A stretch of 64,000 nucleotides of DNA from an uncultured Bacillales bacterium. Lineage in GTDB: Bacteria; Bacillota_I; Bacilli_A; RFN20; CAG-826. The stretch lies in contig CAMKPL010000002.1 of NCBI GenBank assembly GCA_946414655.1, forward strand, positions 133,765 to 197,764, given 5' to 3'. The position numbers and the translations under genes are program-made. Shown one piece after another: positions 28,159 to 36,810 of the stretch. The notes under the pieces were generated by a model. That model had not been told where the DNA came from, did not search any database, and saw only the letters and a program-made list of their open reading frames with translations. How positions within the stretch are numbered: the stretch's first letter is position 1; each line of letters begins with the position of its first letter.

Positions 28159-30474
28159 ATGAACACAAAGAAAATAATTCTTCCATTAGTAGCATTATTT
28201 CTTTTAGCTGGCTGTAATTCTGGTTCGAAGAAAACGAGTAAAAAATCCGGAACTAGCCAATCGCCAACACCAAGTGAACAAAAAATTCCATCTTATGATG
28301 GATTGCCTGATTATGGTGAATATGAAGGCACACCAGGAGTTGGAGAAAACCATATTCAATCTATTTCTGCATCTCCAAATAAGACGCATTTAGCCTATGT
28401 TGGTGATGTTTTTACAATCGATTCATCAGTTTCACCTTCATCGATTCCTGAAGAAGAGAAAGTATTTTCATACACATCTTCAAATGAATCTATTGCATCT
28501 GTCAAGATTCTTGATGAAGGACCTGATGGCGAGGTGACATGTTTATCTCCTGGAAAAACAACAATTACGGTTTATTCTTTTGAAAAGAGATTTAAAAGGG
28601 AAATTGTCTTAACAGTTTATGAAAAATCCGATTCAACCGATTTTTATCAAGTTGGCACGAATGCAAACAATGATAAAAAGAAATTTGGTTGGGTCGATAA
28701 AAGATATTTTGATGGCGATAGTGCTGGTGTAACTCAGCTCGGAAGAAACTTCTGGAAGTTCCTTAGATCCCAACCATCCAAGATTGCTACCTATGGTGGA
28801 GCGCTTGCTTTTGGTAGTGCAAACGCCCCAGAAGGATCATTTGAATTATCAACTGTTTTCCAATATCCTGTTGAATCTGTTATTTTAAATTGCTCCAGCG
28901 CTCCTGAAACTGATCCATCAACAGGGATTAATACATCCTACGGAAGTTCAACAATTGATTCATGGATTGGTGAAAATCATTTCGATATTACTATTAACGG
29001 AACAAAATATTCACCAACCAGTGCGATACATACTGCTCGCGGAACTGATGACGCTACTTGTAGTGATCATATCATTGATTGTAAGAATATGTCAGGTGAA
29101 TTCCATGTTAAGCTTGGTGCATCTGCTGGATATATCCGTATTAAATCAATTGTCATTAATTACGCAAATCGTGTTTTCCCAAGCGGCAATGAATCGACCG
29201 CAAACATCAATTTTGATGAAGCATCGTTTACGACCACACCTTCTTCATCATTTAAAGCCAATACCTGTAAAGACGCCAATAATCTTGTTAATGTTGCTCT
29301 TTCATATATGAAAGAAAAGGATGCTGCTGTGGAGAATCATTACGCCATGCGTGGTAACTCAACATTAATCATCACACCTGTTGATAAAACAAAAACAATT
29401 AAGAGTGTTGATGCCACATTTGCCCAATACACACTTCCAGAAGACGAAGTTGATAAAGATGGAAAAGTTATAAAAGAAGCCGGTACTGTTATTATAAATA
29501 ACATTACCACTCGTGAATCCTATACTAACGCCGACGCAATTCTCGATAATTTCCCATCAAAAGAAAACAATGTTAAACTAACAAATTTAAACCTTGGTAC
29601 AAACTGGGTAGAAATCAAAAATGCTCAAACTCAAACAAGTGGATATCTTCTAGGATTAGTTTCACTAAAAGTGGAACTTACTGATGCTGTTACACCGGCT
29701 TCCTTTAGTAAGATGGAAATTGAAGGTCATGTCTTACAAGATACGTATGATTATGAGTCAACAACATATCGTGATACATTTAAAGATCGCGGATGTGCTG
29801 TGAATGCATATTTTACGAATCCAAATCTAATGCCAATCATGCTTAACTCAAATGATTTAAACTTTAAGACAGTTAAAGATTCTCTGAGCTGGAATGCCCT
29901 TAGTTTAGGCGATACAAGTGTTAGTGGAACATCAAAATATGGTGCATTGACATATGAAGGCATTACAGTTCAACAACACGAAAATAAACAATGGAAAAAA
30001 GCGACCAGTGTGGGAGAAGGAAAATATCTAATTGTCTCACGTGAAACACATAAGTGTTTTTCTGGAATCGGAACTAATACACAGATGCAAAACGGGACAA
30101 CGGATTTTGTTGTTAGTTTGAACACCGATAATATGATTGATGGAAGTTACCAAATTGATTATTCCTATTTCACATTTACATCAACTACAAGCAATCATTT
30201 CCGTGCTGATAGTCGCTCCGAATACTTTATTAATGGATTGACAAGCAGTGGTAAGATTTCCTTCTCATATTCAAGTAATGTCTCTTTGTTCCTTGTTCAA
30301 AATGAAGGCGGATTTGATATCCATTATAGTCAAAACAAAAAACAAGACGATGGAACCTATGTTACATACGAATATGTTTTTGGTTTAACTTCATCTGGAT
30401 ATTTCTCTTTTGTTGATGTGACAAGTGAGGCAAGTCAACTTCCAGAACCTGTTGATTTCTATCGTCTTGCCTAG
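28159..30474 (+). CDS. Large surface lipoprotein (771 aa) of unknown function, with an N-terminal Big_2-like Ig domain.
   Basis: Lipobox 'FLLAGC'. Ser/Thr/Pro/Lys-rich linker. Big_2-like 'AYVGDVFTIDSSVSP...VTCLSPGKTTITVY'. Remainder has no recognisable catalytic motifs. Confidence 0.6.
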   Translation: MNTKKIILPLVALFLLAGCNSGSKKTSKKSGTSQSPTPSEQKIPSYDGLPDYGEYEGTPGVGENHIQSISASPNKTHLAYVGDVFTIDSSVSPSSIPEEEKVFSYTSSNESIASVKILDEGPDGEVTCLSPGKTTITVYSFEKRFKREIVLTVYEKSDSTDFYQVGTNANNDKKKFGWVDKRYFDGDSAGVTQLGRNFWKFLRSQPSKIATYGGALAFGSANAPEGSFELSTVFQYPVESVILNCSSAPETDPSTGINTSYGSSTIDSWIGENHFDITINGTKYSPTSAIHTARGTDDATCSDHIIDCKNMSGEFHVKLGASAGYIRIKSIVINYANRVFPSGNESTANINFDEASFTTTPSSSFKANTCKDANNLVNVALSYMKEKDAAVENHYAMRGNSTLIITPVDKTKTIKSVDATFAQYTLPEDEVDKDGKVIKEAGTVIINNITTRESYTNADAILDNFPSKENNVKLTNLNLGTNWVEIKNAQTQTSGYLLGLVSLKVELTDAVTPASFSKMEIEGHVLQDTYDYESTTYRDTFKDRGCAVNAYFTNPNLMPIMLNSNDLNFKTVKDSLSWNALSLGDTSVSGTSKYGALTYEGITVQQHENKQWKKATSVGEGKYLIVSRETHKCFSGIGTNTQMQNGTTDFVVSLNTDNMIDGSYQIDYSYFTFTSTTSNHFRADSRSEYFINGLTSSGKISFSYSSNVSLFLVQNEGGFDIHYSQNKKQDDGTYVTYEYVFGLTSSGYFSFVDVTSEASQLPEPVDFYRLA

Positions 30475-30518
30475 TCGAACAAGCAAGAATAGATTTATCT
30501 ATTAAAAATAAAATGGAT

Positions 30519-30552
30519 TTCGTTATCTACACGAAGTCCTTTTTGTTATAAT
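30519..30552 (+). terminator. Probable terminator after the 771-aa lipoprotein gene
   Basis: GGAUUUCG-uuaucuacac-CGAAGUCC (one G-U pair) followed by UUUUUG. Confidence 0.4.
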
Positions 30553-30622
30553 ATTTAATATAGAAGTGAAAAACGTACGATTTCATTTCTATTAGTAATA
30601 GAAAGGAGATTATAAATTACTT

Positions 30623-31255
30623 ATGAAAAAAACTACTTTAGTTTTACTCCCAGTCTTAGGTGCACTTCTTCTTGCTGGTTGTACAACCGCAAAGAGGCCA
30701 AACAAGAAAAAATCTTCTAGTGCTACCGTTACTTCCAAAACCACATCTCAAGGTGGTGGTGGTAACACTTCCCAAGGTGGCGGTGGCAATACCTCCCAAG
30801 GTGGTGGTGGTAACACTTCCCAAGGCGGAGGCGGCGGAGGCGGCGGTAACGGCACTGTTACCCTTAAAGCTAACGCTGATAAAAGCGCTCAAGATACAAC
30901 TTCAGTTACATTCTCAAATTCTGGTTATACTGTTCTAATTGAACAAGGTAGCAATACCCAAAACACCATTGAAGATTGTGTTAGTAAAACTGGACAAAAT
31001 TCTTTTAGAATGTATAAGGCATTTGACGTTACATTTAGCGCCCCATCTGCATTCAGCAAGCTTGAAATCCAATGGTTCAGCTTCAATGATGAGCCAACTA
31101 AATACGCATTTAATTTCGAAAATGATAATGCGACATTTGAGATGGATCAAACAAACATGAAGACAACCGTCACACTTAAATCTGCTGCAAGCAGCATTAA
31201 GTACGCCAACATCGCTCATCAAGCTCGTGTTGATACCGTTACGTTTATTGCTTAA
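30623..31255 (+). CDS. Small surface lipoprotein (210 aa) with an (S/T)QGGGGN(T) low-complexity linker; paralog of the next gene.
   Basis: Lipobox 'LLLAGC'. 'TSQGGGGNTSQGGGGNTSQGGGGNTSQGGGGGGGGNG'. C-terminal about 130-aa beta-rich domain ending '...VDTVTFIA'. Confidence 0.6.
   Translation: MKKTTLVLLPVLGALLLAGCTTAKRPNKKKSSSATVTSKTTSQGGGGNTSQGGGGNTSQGGGGNTSQGGGGGGGGNGTVTLKANADKSAQDTTSVTFSNSGYTVLIEQGSNTQNTIEDCVSKTGQNSFRMYKAFDVTFSAPSAFSKLEIQWFSFNDEPTKYAFNFENDNATFEMDQTNMKTTVTLKSAASSIKYANIAHQARVDTVTFIA
30745..30860 (+). repeat. Tandem near-identical 21-24-bp coding repeats (ACnTCcCAAGGtGGtGGtGGtAAc x4-5) encoding the TSQGGGGN linker.
   Basis: Direct reading of the sequence. The same repeat DNA recurs at 31500-31565 in the adjacent paralog. 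Confidence 0.7.
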
Positions 31256-31300
31256 TATCAGGGAAGACTAATAAGTTAATTTCTATTACAACCAAGAGAG

Positions 31301-31340
31301 GATTATAAATCCTCTCTTTTTCTTTTTCTTCAAATAATAT
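31301..31340 (+). terminator. Rho-independent terminator after the 210-aa lipoprotein gene
   Basis: AGAGAGGAT-tataa-ATCCTCTCT followed by TTTTTCTTTTTCTT. Confidence 0.6.
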
Positions 31341-31369
31341 AAAATATTATGTGAAAGAAGGGTTTTAAT

Positions 31370-33094
31370 ATGAATAAAAAATTCCTTATTCTTCCAATCG
31401 TCTCGGCTCTTTTGTTAGCGGGATGTACACTTGGAGGAAAAAAATCTAACAGGAAGAAAAAATCTTCTAGTGCAGTGATTACTTCTTCTGTAACCTCAGG
31501 AGGAAACACTTCTCAAGGTGGTGGTGGTAACACCTCGCAAGGTGGCGGTGGCAATACCTCTCAACCAAGCGGAAGTAGTTCGACACCAGCTCCAACAGAT
31601 TGGTCCTCTGCTGAAGCATCTGCTTTTAGTACAGCGTTCCACGGTATTGTCCCAGCTTATTTTTCTGTTGGGCTTGATTCAGAAGAATCTCAAGCAGAGT
31701 ATGGTTATTTCGTTTCAAAAGCAACAACCGAAGCAATTGCTGATGCCTACTATAATGGCCTCGATTCAACATGGGAAATCGCCTATGATGCAGATGGATA
31801 CGAAGAGAAGCATAAGACTCCTACTGATAACACGGGTTATGTTGTTTGCTATGTAGGTGGTGATCTTAGCGGAAACATTTTTGTTGTTTGGCAATGGTAT
31901 TCTCCAGTCACTTCACTTTCATTGAGTGGAACTCAAAATACTGAATTTGATGTTGGTGACACATTTAGTTACGAAGGCTTAGTTGTCACAGTTAACTTTA
32001 AAGATGGTGACACCATGTCATTTGATTCTGTAGAAGACATTGAATACTATTTCACCGTTACATCTCCAGACATGACTACAGCCGGTCAAAAAACAATTAC
32101 TGTTTCATATTCTGTAGATGAAACAACGACGGTCACAGCAAGCTACACAATTAATGTTAAATCTTCTGTGAAATATACTGTTTCATTTGATGGTGGTGAA
32201 GGAACAGGAACCATGTCCGATGTTGAAGCATCCGAGGGAAGTTATACTCTTCCAGGTTCAACATTTGTTGCCCCAGAAGGCAAAGCCTTTGCCGGTTGGA
32301 AAGCCAATAATACTGGTGACTTAATCCCAGCTGGTGGAACATATAACTTAACTGCTGCTGTGACATTCTATGCTCAATGGGCAAACGAATATACCGTTTC
32401 ATTCTCCGCAGGAGAAGGTAGTGGCACAATGGATCCAGTCAAAGTTGGAGAAGGTGGTAAGATTAGCGAACCAACCTGCACATTTACTGCTCCAACTGGA
32501 AAAGAATTTGATAAATGGGTCATTGGAACCGAAGCTGTTACATTCCCATATACTGTTACAGGCAATGTTACCTTAACCGCAACATGGAAAGAAAAAGCAA
32601 CACCTGTTCAATCAGTCAAATATACGATTGATAATCCAGCCGATCAATATGGTAAGAAATTCTCTGAATTAACTGCAGACCAAATTCTTTCCGGCTTTGT
32701 CTCAAACGGAGCAAATGTCATTACCGAGGTCAAAGATTATAATGCTAACGTTTATTTCGGCGGAAACGGTGGTTCTGGTGATACAGCATTCACCATTGTC
32801 GATGCATTTAAACTTGGTAAGAGTAAAGCAAAAGGCGAGGCAACAGTTGTCATTGGCTCTGGATATTCATTCTCTAAATTAGTTTTAACAGTTGTTGGAC
32901 AACGTGATGATGGTTCGTTAACCGTTAATGGCGTTGAAAAAGCTGTTACAGCTAAAGCTGGTCCAGGTGATCTTACTACACAAACTCTTGAGTTTGATAT
33001 TGCTAGTGGCACAACTGAATTTGTGATGTCATCTAAAGATGATTCAACCGGAAACTTTAGTATTTACATCTTAAGTCTTGAATTTGTTGCCTAA
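31370..33094 (+). CDS. Surface lipoprotein (574 aa) with Gly-rich linker, Listeria-Bacteroides-type (Flg_new) repeats, and a C-terminal domain shared with the 210-aa paralog.
   Basis: Lipobox 'LLLAGC'. 'TSQGGGGNTSQGGGGNTSQ'. Two about 65-aa repeats 'YTVSFDGGEGTGTM...FAGWKAN...TFYAQWA' and 'YTVSFSAGEGSGTM...FDKWVIG...TLTATWK'. C-terminus ends '...IYILSLEFVA'. Confidence 0.65.
   Translation: MNKKFLILPIVSALLLAGCTLGGKKSNRKKKSSSAVITSSVTSGGNTSQGGGGNTSQGGGGNTSQPSGSSSTPAPTDWSSAEASAFSTAFHGIVPAYFSVGLDSEESQAEYGYFVSKATTEAIADAYYNGLDSTWEIAYDADGYEEKHKTPTDNTGYVVCYVGGDLSGNIFVVWQWYSPVTSLSLSGTQNTEFDVGDTFSYEGLVVTVNFKDGDTMSFDSVEDIEYYFTVTSPDMTTAGQKTITVSYSVDETTTVTASYTINVKSSVKYTVSFDGGEGTGTMSDVEASEGSYTLPGSTFVAPEGKAFAGWKANNTGDLIPAGGTYNLTAAVTFYAQWANEYTVSFSAGEGSGTMDPVKVGEGGKISEPTCTFTAPTGKEFDKWVIGTEAVTFPYTVTGNVTLTATWKEKATPVQSVKYTIDNPADQYGKKFSELTADQILSGFVSNGANVITEVKDYNANVYFGGNGGSGDTAFTIVDAFKLGKSKAKGEATVVIGSGYSFSKLVLTVVGQRDDGSLTVNGVEKAVTAKAGPGDLTTQTLEFDIASGTTEFVMSSKDDSTGNFSIYILSLEFVA
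31500..31565 (+). repeat. Second copy of the (ACTTCNCAAGGTGGNGGTGGNAA)n linker repeat DNA, about 95% identical over about 55 bp to 30766-30830.
   Basis: caaggtggtggtggtaacacctcgcaaggtggcggtggcaatacctctcaa compared with caaggtggtggtggtaacacttcccaaggtggcggtggcaatacctcccaa. Confidence 0.7.
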
Positions 33095-33107
33095 TTAATG
33101 AACATTT

Positions 33108-33142
33108 GATTAGAGGCTAGTTCATCTGGCCTCTTTTCTTAT
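33108..33142 (+). terminator. Rho-independent terminator after the lipoprotein cluster
   Basis: AGAGGC-tagttcatctg-GCCTCT followed by TTTCTT. Followed by an extended -10 'TGgTATAAT' promoter for relA. Confidence 0.55.
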
Positions 33143-33196
33143 GCCTATATTACTTCGCTTTTCTTTTTAAAGAACGTTGGTATAATATTTAGCAAG

Positions 33197-35398
33197 ATGG
33201 CAAATCAAGTGAATATTTCTAATGAAAATAAACTCCACACCTTTGACGAAGTCAAGGATGTTTTCTATGTTTATATTCGTGATGAAAAATCACGTGATTT
33301 AATTGAGAAAGCATATAAGTATGCCGAGAAAAAACACGCTAAACAAGTTCGTAAATCTGGCGAACCTTATATTCATCATCTAATTGAGGTTTGTTATATC
33401 TTAGCAGAGCTTCAAGCTGGCCCAGCTACTCTTTGTGCTGGACTTCTTCACGATGTTGTCGAAGATACAAACACCAGCGTTGAAGACATTAAGAAAGAAT
33501 TTGGTGATGATATTGCCTATCTTGTTGATTGTTTAACCAAGATTCAACGTTTAAAACTCTCGCATCGAACCGAAGAAGAATTCGTTGCTGAAGACCATCG
33601 TAAGATTTTCTTAGGCATGGCTAGAGATGTTCGTGTTATTTTGATTAAACTTGCTGATCGATTACATAATATGCGTACCTTAGGTGCTTTAGCACCTGAA
33701 CGTCAAGTCGTACTGGCCCGCGAAACACTAGAAGTGTTCGCTCCAATTGCACACCGTTTAGGTATGAACCAGATCAAATCTGAACTGGAAGACCTTTCGC
33801 TAAAATACCTTGAACCAGAGAAATACGAAGAGATTACTCAACTCGTTAATTCAAAAGTTAAAAACGCCATGAAGTCTTTGGAGACTTTCTCGAAGAAGGT
33901 TGCTGATGACCTCTTTGAAAAAGGTATTCCTTTCCAGATGGAAAGACGTGTGAAATCGATTTACTCGATTTATCGTAAGATTTATCAAAAGCATCATAAA
34001 TTCGAAGATATCTTTGATATTTTAGCGATGAGAATCATCACCGAAACCGAATTAAACTGTTATGAAATCTTAGGTATTATTCACGCCACATATAAACCAA
34101 TTCCTGGACGATTCAAAGATTATATCGCCATGCCAAAACCAAACATGTATCAATCACTACATACATGTATTCTTTCTGGTGATGGAAACATCTTTGAAGT
34201 TCAAATCAGAACAAAAGAAATGGATGAAGTCGCTGAAAGCGGTGTTGCCGCCCACTGGAGATATAAAGAAGGCACCAACTATAATGCCTCCCGCGAACAA
34301 AAAGAAATTGAAGAACGTTTACACTGGCTTCGTGACTTTGTCACGATTAGTGAAGAAGATTTAAACGCTAAAGAATACATGTCGACATTGTCCAATGATA
34401 TTTTTAATGCGAATGTCTACGTCTTTACTCCACAAGGTAAGGTCATCGACCTTCCTCAAGGAGCAACCCCGATTGACTTTGCTTATAAGATCCACACCAA
34501 GGTTGCTGAAAAGGCTGTCGGAGCCAAAGTCAATAACTCGATGGTCCCATTAAACACCGCCTTAAAAACTGGTGACGTGGTGGAGATTAAAACAAGTAAT
34601 AACGCTACTGGACCAAATGAAGGTTGGTTAAATATTGCGACCTCTAACTTTGCTAAATCTCATATTCGTAAATTCCTGGCTAAAAAGAACGCGGAATTCA
34701 TGAAAGATGATAAGATTGCCAAAGGCAAAGATGCGATGATTGATGCCTTTAAAACGATCGGTATTGGTGAATCCGACATGGAACGTTTAGCTAACCAAGA
34801 TAAGGTTTTTAAACAGTTTGGTGTGAAGGACTTAGATGAACTTTATTTAGCGGTCTCCAACAAGAACCCAATCCCGGCAGCAATCATTGATTTTCTTAAC
34901 GTTCGACCAAAGGAAGAAATCAAGGTCGACAAGGTCAAGAAAAATGACAACGATCACTGCCCGGTTTATGTCCCAAATGCTGGCAAAATTGCCATCACTT
35001 TAGGGTCCTGTTGTACCCCAATTCCAGGAGATGAAATTGTGGGTTATATTACCAAGGGAAAAGGCATCACAGTTCACGTCAAAAATTGTCCAAATATTAT
35101 CAACGAAAAGAAGCGACTGATCGATGTTTTTTGGAAAGATGACCTTAAGGATGGAACCTATCCTGTTGACCTCAAAATTGAGTGTTATGACCGAGCGAAT
35201 TTAGTCACCGATGTGATGCAAATTTTCTCGTCTCAAAAAGTCTCTGTTACATCGCTTAATTGTCAACTCCATTCCTCGACCATGACAACATCGATTGCCT
35301 GCACAATTTATGTCAAAAATGCTGCTCAACTTCGCGATGTAATGAACGTTTTATTAAACGTTAAATCGGTCTATGAAGTAAGCCGAGTTTTCCATTAA
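33197..35398 (+). CDS. relA: Bifunctional (p)ppGpp synthetase/hydrolase Rel (RelA/SpoT homolog)
   Basis: HD hydrolase domain 'HHLIEV...HDVVED'. Synthetase domain 'RVKSIYSIYRK...' and 'FEVQIRT'. TGS and ACT C-terminal domains. 733 aa. Confidence 0.85.
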   Translation: MANQVNISNENKLHTFDEVKDVFYVYIRDEKSRDLIEKAYKYAEKKHAKQVRKSGEPYIHHLIEVCYILAELQAGPATLCAGLLHDVVEDTNTSVEDIKKEFGDDIAYLVDCLTKIQRLKLSHRTEEEFVAEDHRKIFLGMARDVRVILIKLADRLHNMRTLGALAPERQVVLARETLEVFAPIAHRLGMNQIKSELEDLSLKYLEPEKYEEITQLVNSKVKNAMKSLETFSKKVADDLFEKGIPFQMERRVKSIYSIYRKIYQKHHKFEDIFDILAMRIITETELNCYEILGIIHATYKPIPGRFKDYIAMPKPNMYQSLHTCILSGDGNIFEVQIRTKEMDEVAESGVAAHWRYKEGTNYNASREQKEIEERLHWLRDFVTISEEDLNAKEYMSTLSNDIFNANVYVFTPQGKVIDLPQGATPIDFAYKIHTKVAEKAVGAKVNNSMVPLNTALKTGDVVEIKTSNNATGPNEGWLNIATSNFAKSHIRKFLAKKNAEFMKDDKIAKGKDAMIDAFKTIGIGESDMERLANQDKVFKQFGVKDLDELYLAVSNKNPIPAAIIDFLNVRPKEEIKVDKVKKNDNDHCPVYVPNAGKIAITLGSCCTPIPGDEIVGYITKGKGITVHVKNCPNIINEKKRLIDVFWKDDLKDGTYPVDLKIECYDRANLVTDVMQIFSSQKVSVTSLNCQLHSSTMTTSIACTIYVKNAAQLRDVMNVLLNVKSVYEVSRVFH

Positions 35399-35433
35399 TT
35401 TAAATCATATTTTTTGACTCCTATTATAATCAA

Positions 35434-35462
35434 TTGCATTTATAGAGTTATTTCTCTATAAT
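35434..35462 (+). promoter_or_regulatory. Sigma-A-type promoter for hisS-aspS-tkt
   Basis: TTGCAT - 17 bp - TATAAT about 28 bp upstream of the hisS RBS AAAGGAG. No T-box motif is present. Confidence 0.4.
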
Positions 35463-35490
35463 ATGAACGATTAATAAAGGAGTTTTTATT

Positions 35491-36810
35491 ATGGAAAACC
35501 CAGTCAAAGGAACACACGATATTATTGGCACAGAAGCCGTTTTCTATACTGAAATTGAAGAACGTCTAAAAACAGTGGCCACAATTTTTGGCTACGATGA
35601 AATTCGTACTCCAATCTTAGAATACACCCCACTTTTCTTACGCTCAGTTGGAGAATCAAGCGATATTGTTCATAAAGAAATGTATACCTTTGACGATAAA
35701 GGTGGCCGTTCTGTGACTATGCGTCCAGAGATGACTGCCGGAGTAATGCGTAGCATTGTTTCCAATAAACTCTACGCGGAAGCTGATCTTCCATTAAAGT
35801 ATTTCTACCTTGGACCATGCTTCCGTTATGAAAGACCACAAGCTGGAAGGTACCGTCAATTCCATCAATTTGGTGTGGAATGCGTTGGTGCACCAAGCGC
35901 TTACTTAGACGCCGATGTGATTAACCTTGGTTTTCATTGTTTCTCTTCAATCCGCGTTCCGGTGAAAGTCAAAATTAACTCTCTAGGTGACGAAGAAAGT
36001 CGTAATAACTATCGAACTGCTCTAAAAAAGTATTTTGCTAAATACATTGACAAGATGTGCGACGACTGCAAACGTCGTTACGAGATTAATCCTCTTCGTA
36101 TCCTTGACTGTAAAGTTCCAGAAGACGCCGAAATTGTTAAAGGCGCACCAAAATTAAGAGACTATCTTTCTAGTCACGCTAAAGCATACCTTAAAGAAGT
36201 GATGGCGATTCTAGAATCCTATAACATTGAAGCGGAAATTGATGATAACCTCGTAAGAGGTTTAGATTACTATACTGGTATTGTTTTTGAATACCACGCT
36301 GAAGAAATTGAAGGATTAGCCGAAGTTGGTGCTTTGGGTGGTGGAGGACACTACGCACATCTTTTAAAAGATGTCGGTGGTCCAGATTATGAAGGAGTTG
36401 GTATGTCACTAGGCATTGAACGACTCTATCATGTCTTTAATCACTTCAATAAAGAACTACCAGACACCTTTGGTTTAGATTTCTACATTATGCCAATGGA
36501 TGCTAAATATATTGGTGATTGTGCTGTTTTACTTAACCAAATCCGCTTTAGCGGAATGATTGCTGATATGTCATTTGAACCAAAATCCTTCAAATCACAA
36601 TTTAAGAGTGCATTACGTAAGAAAGCCAAATTCGCCATCATCGTTGGTGAAGACGAATTTAAAAACGGTGAATTTACAGTGAAGAACTTATCCACCCAAG
36701 TCCAAACTAAAGTTCGTGGGGAAGATATTTCGAACTCACTTAGAACAATGCTTCAGGAATATTATGAAGCAGCAGAAATGAAATTTTTCGAGGAGCACGG
36801 CAATGAATAG
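35491..36810 (+). CDS. hisS: Histidine--tRNA ligase
   Basis: Class II motifs; 'FRYERPQAGRYRQFHQFGVE' is motif 2. C-terminal anticodon-binding domain. Confidence 0.9.
   Translation: MENPVKGTHDIIGTEAVFYTEIEERLKTVATIFGYDEIRTPILEYTPLFLRSVGESSDIVHKEMYTFDDKGGRSVTMRPEMTAGVMRSIVSNKLYAEADLPLKYFYLGPCFRYERPQAGRYRQFHQFGVECVGAPSAYLDADVINLGFHCFSSIRVPVKVKINSLGDEESRNNYRTALKKYFAKYIDKMCDDCKRRYEINPLRILDCKVPEDAEIVKGAPKLRDYLSSHAKAYLKEVMAILESYNIEAEIDDNLVRGLDYYTGIVFEYHAEEIEGLAEVGALGGGGHYAHLLKDVGGPDYEGVGMSLGIERLYHVFNHFNKELPDTFGLDFYIMPMDAKYIGDCAVLLNQIRFSGMIADMSFEPKSFKSQFKSALRKKAKFAIIVGEDEFKNGEFTVKNLSTQVQTKVRGEDISNSLRTMLQEYYEAAEMKFFEEHGNE

Noticed and set aside
30745-31565. The Gly-rich 24-bp repeats as a possible CRISPR array.
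   Set aside because: The repeats are contiguous with no spacers. They lie in-frame within lipoprotein genes and encode the TSQGGGGN linker.
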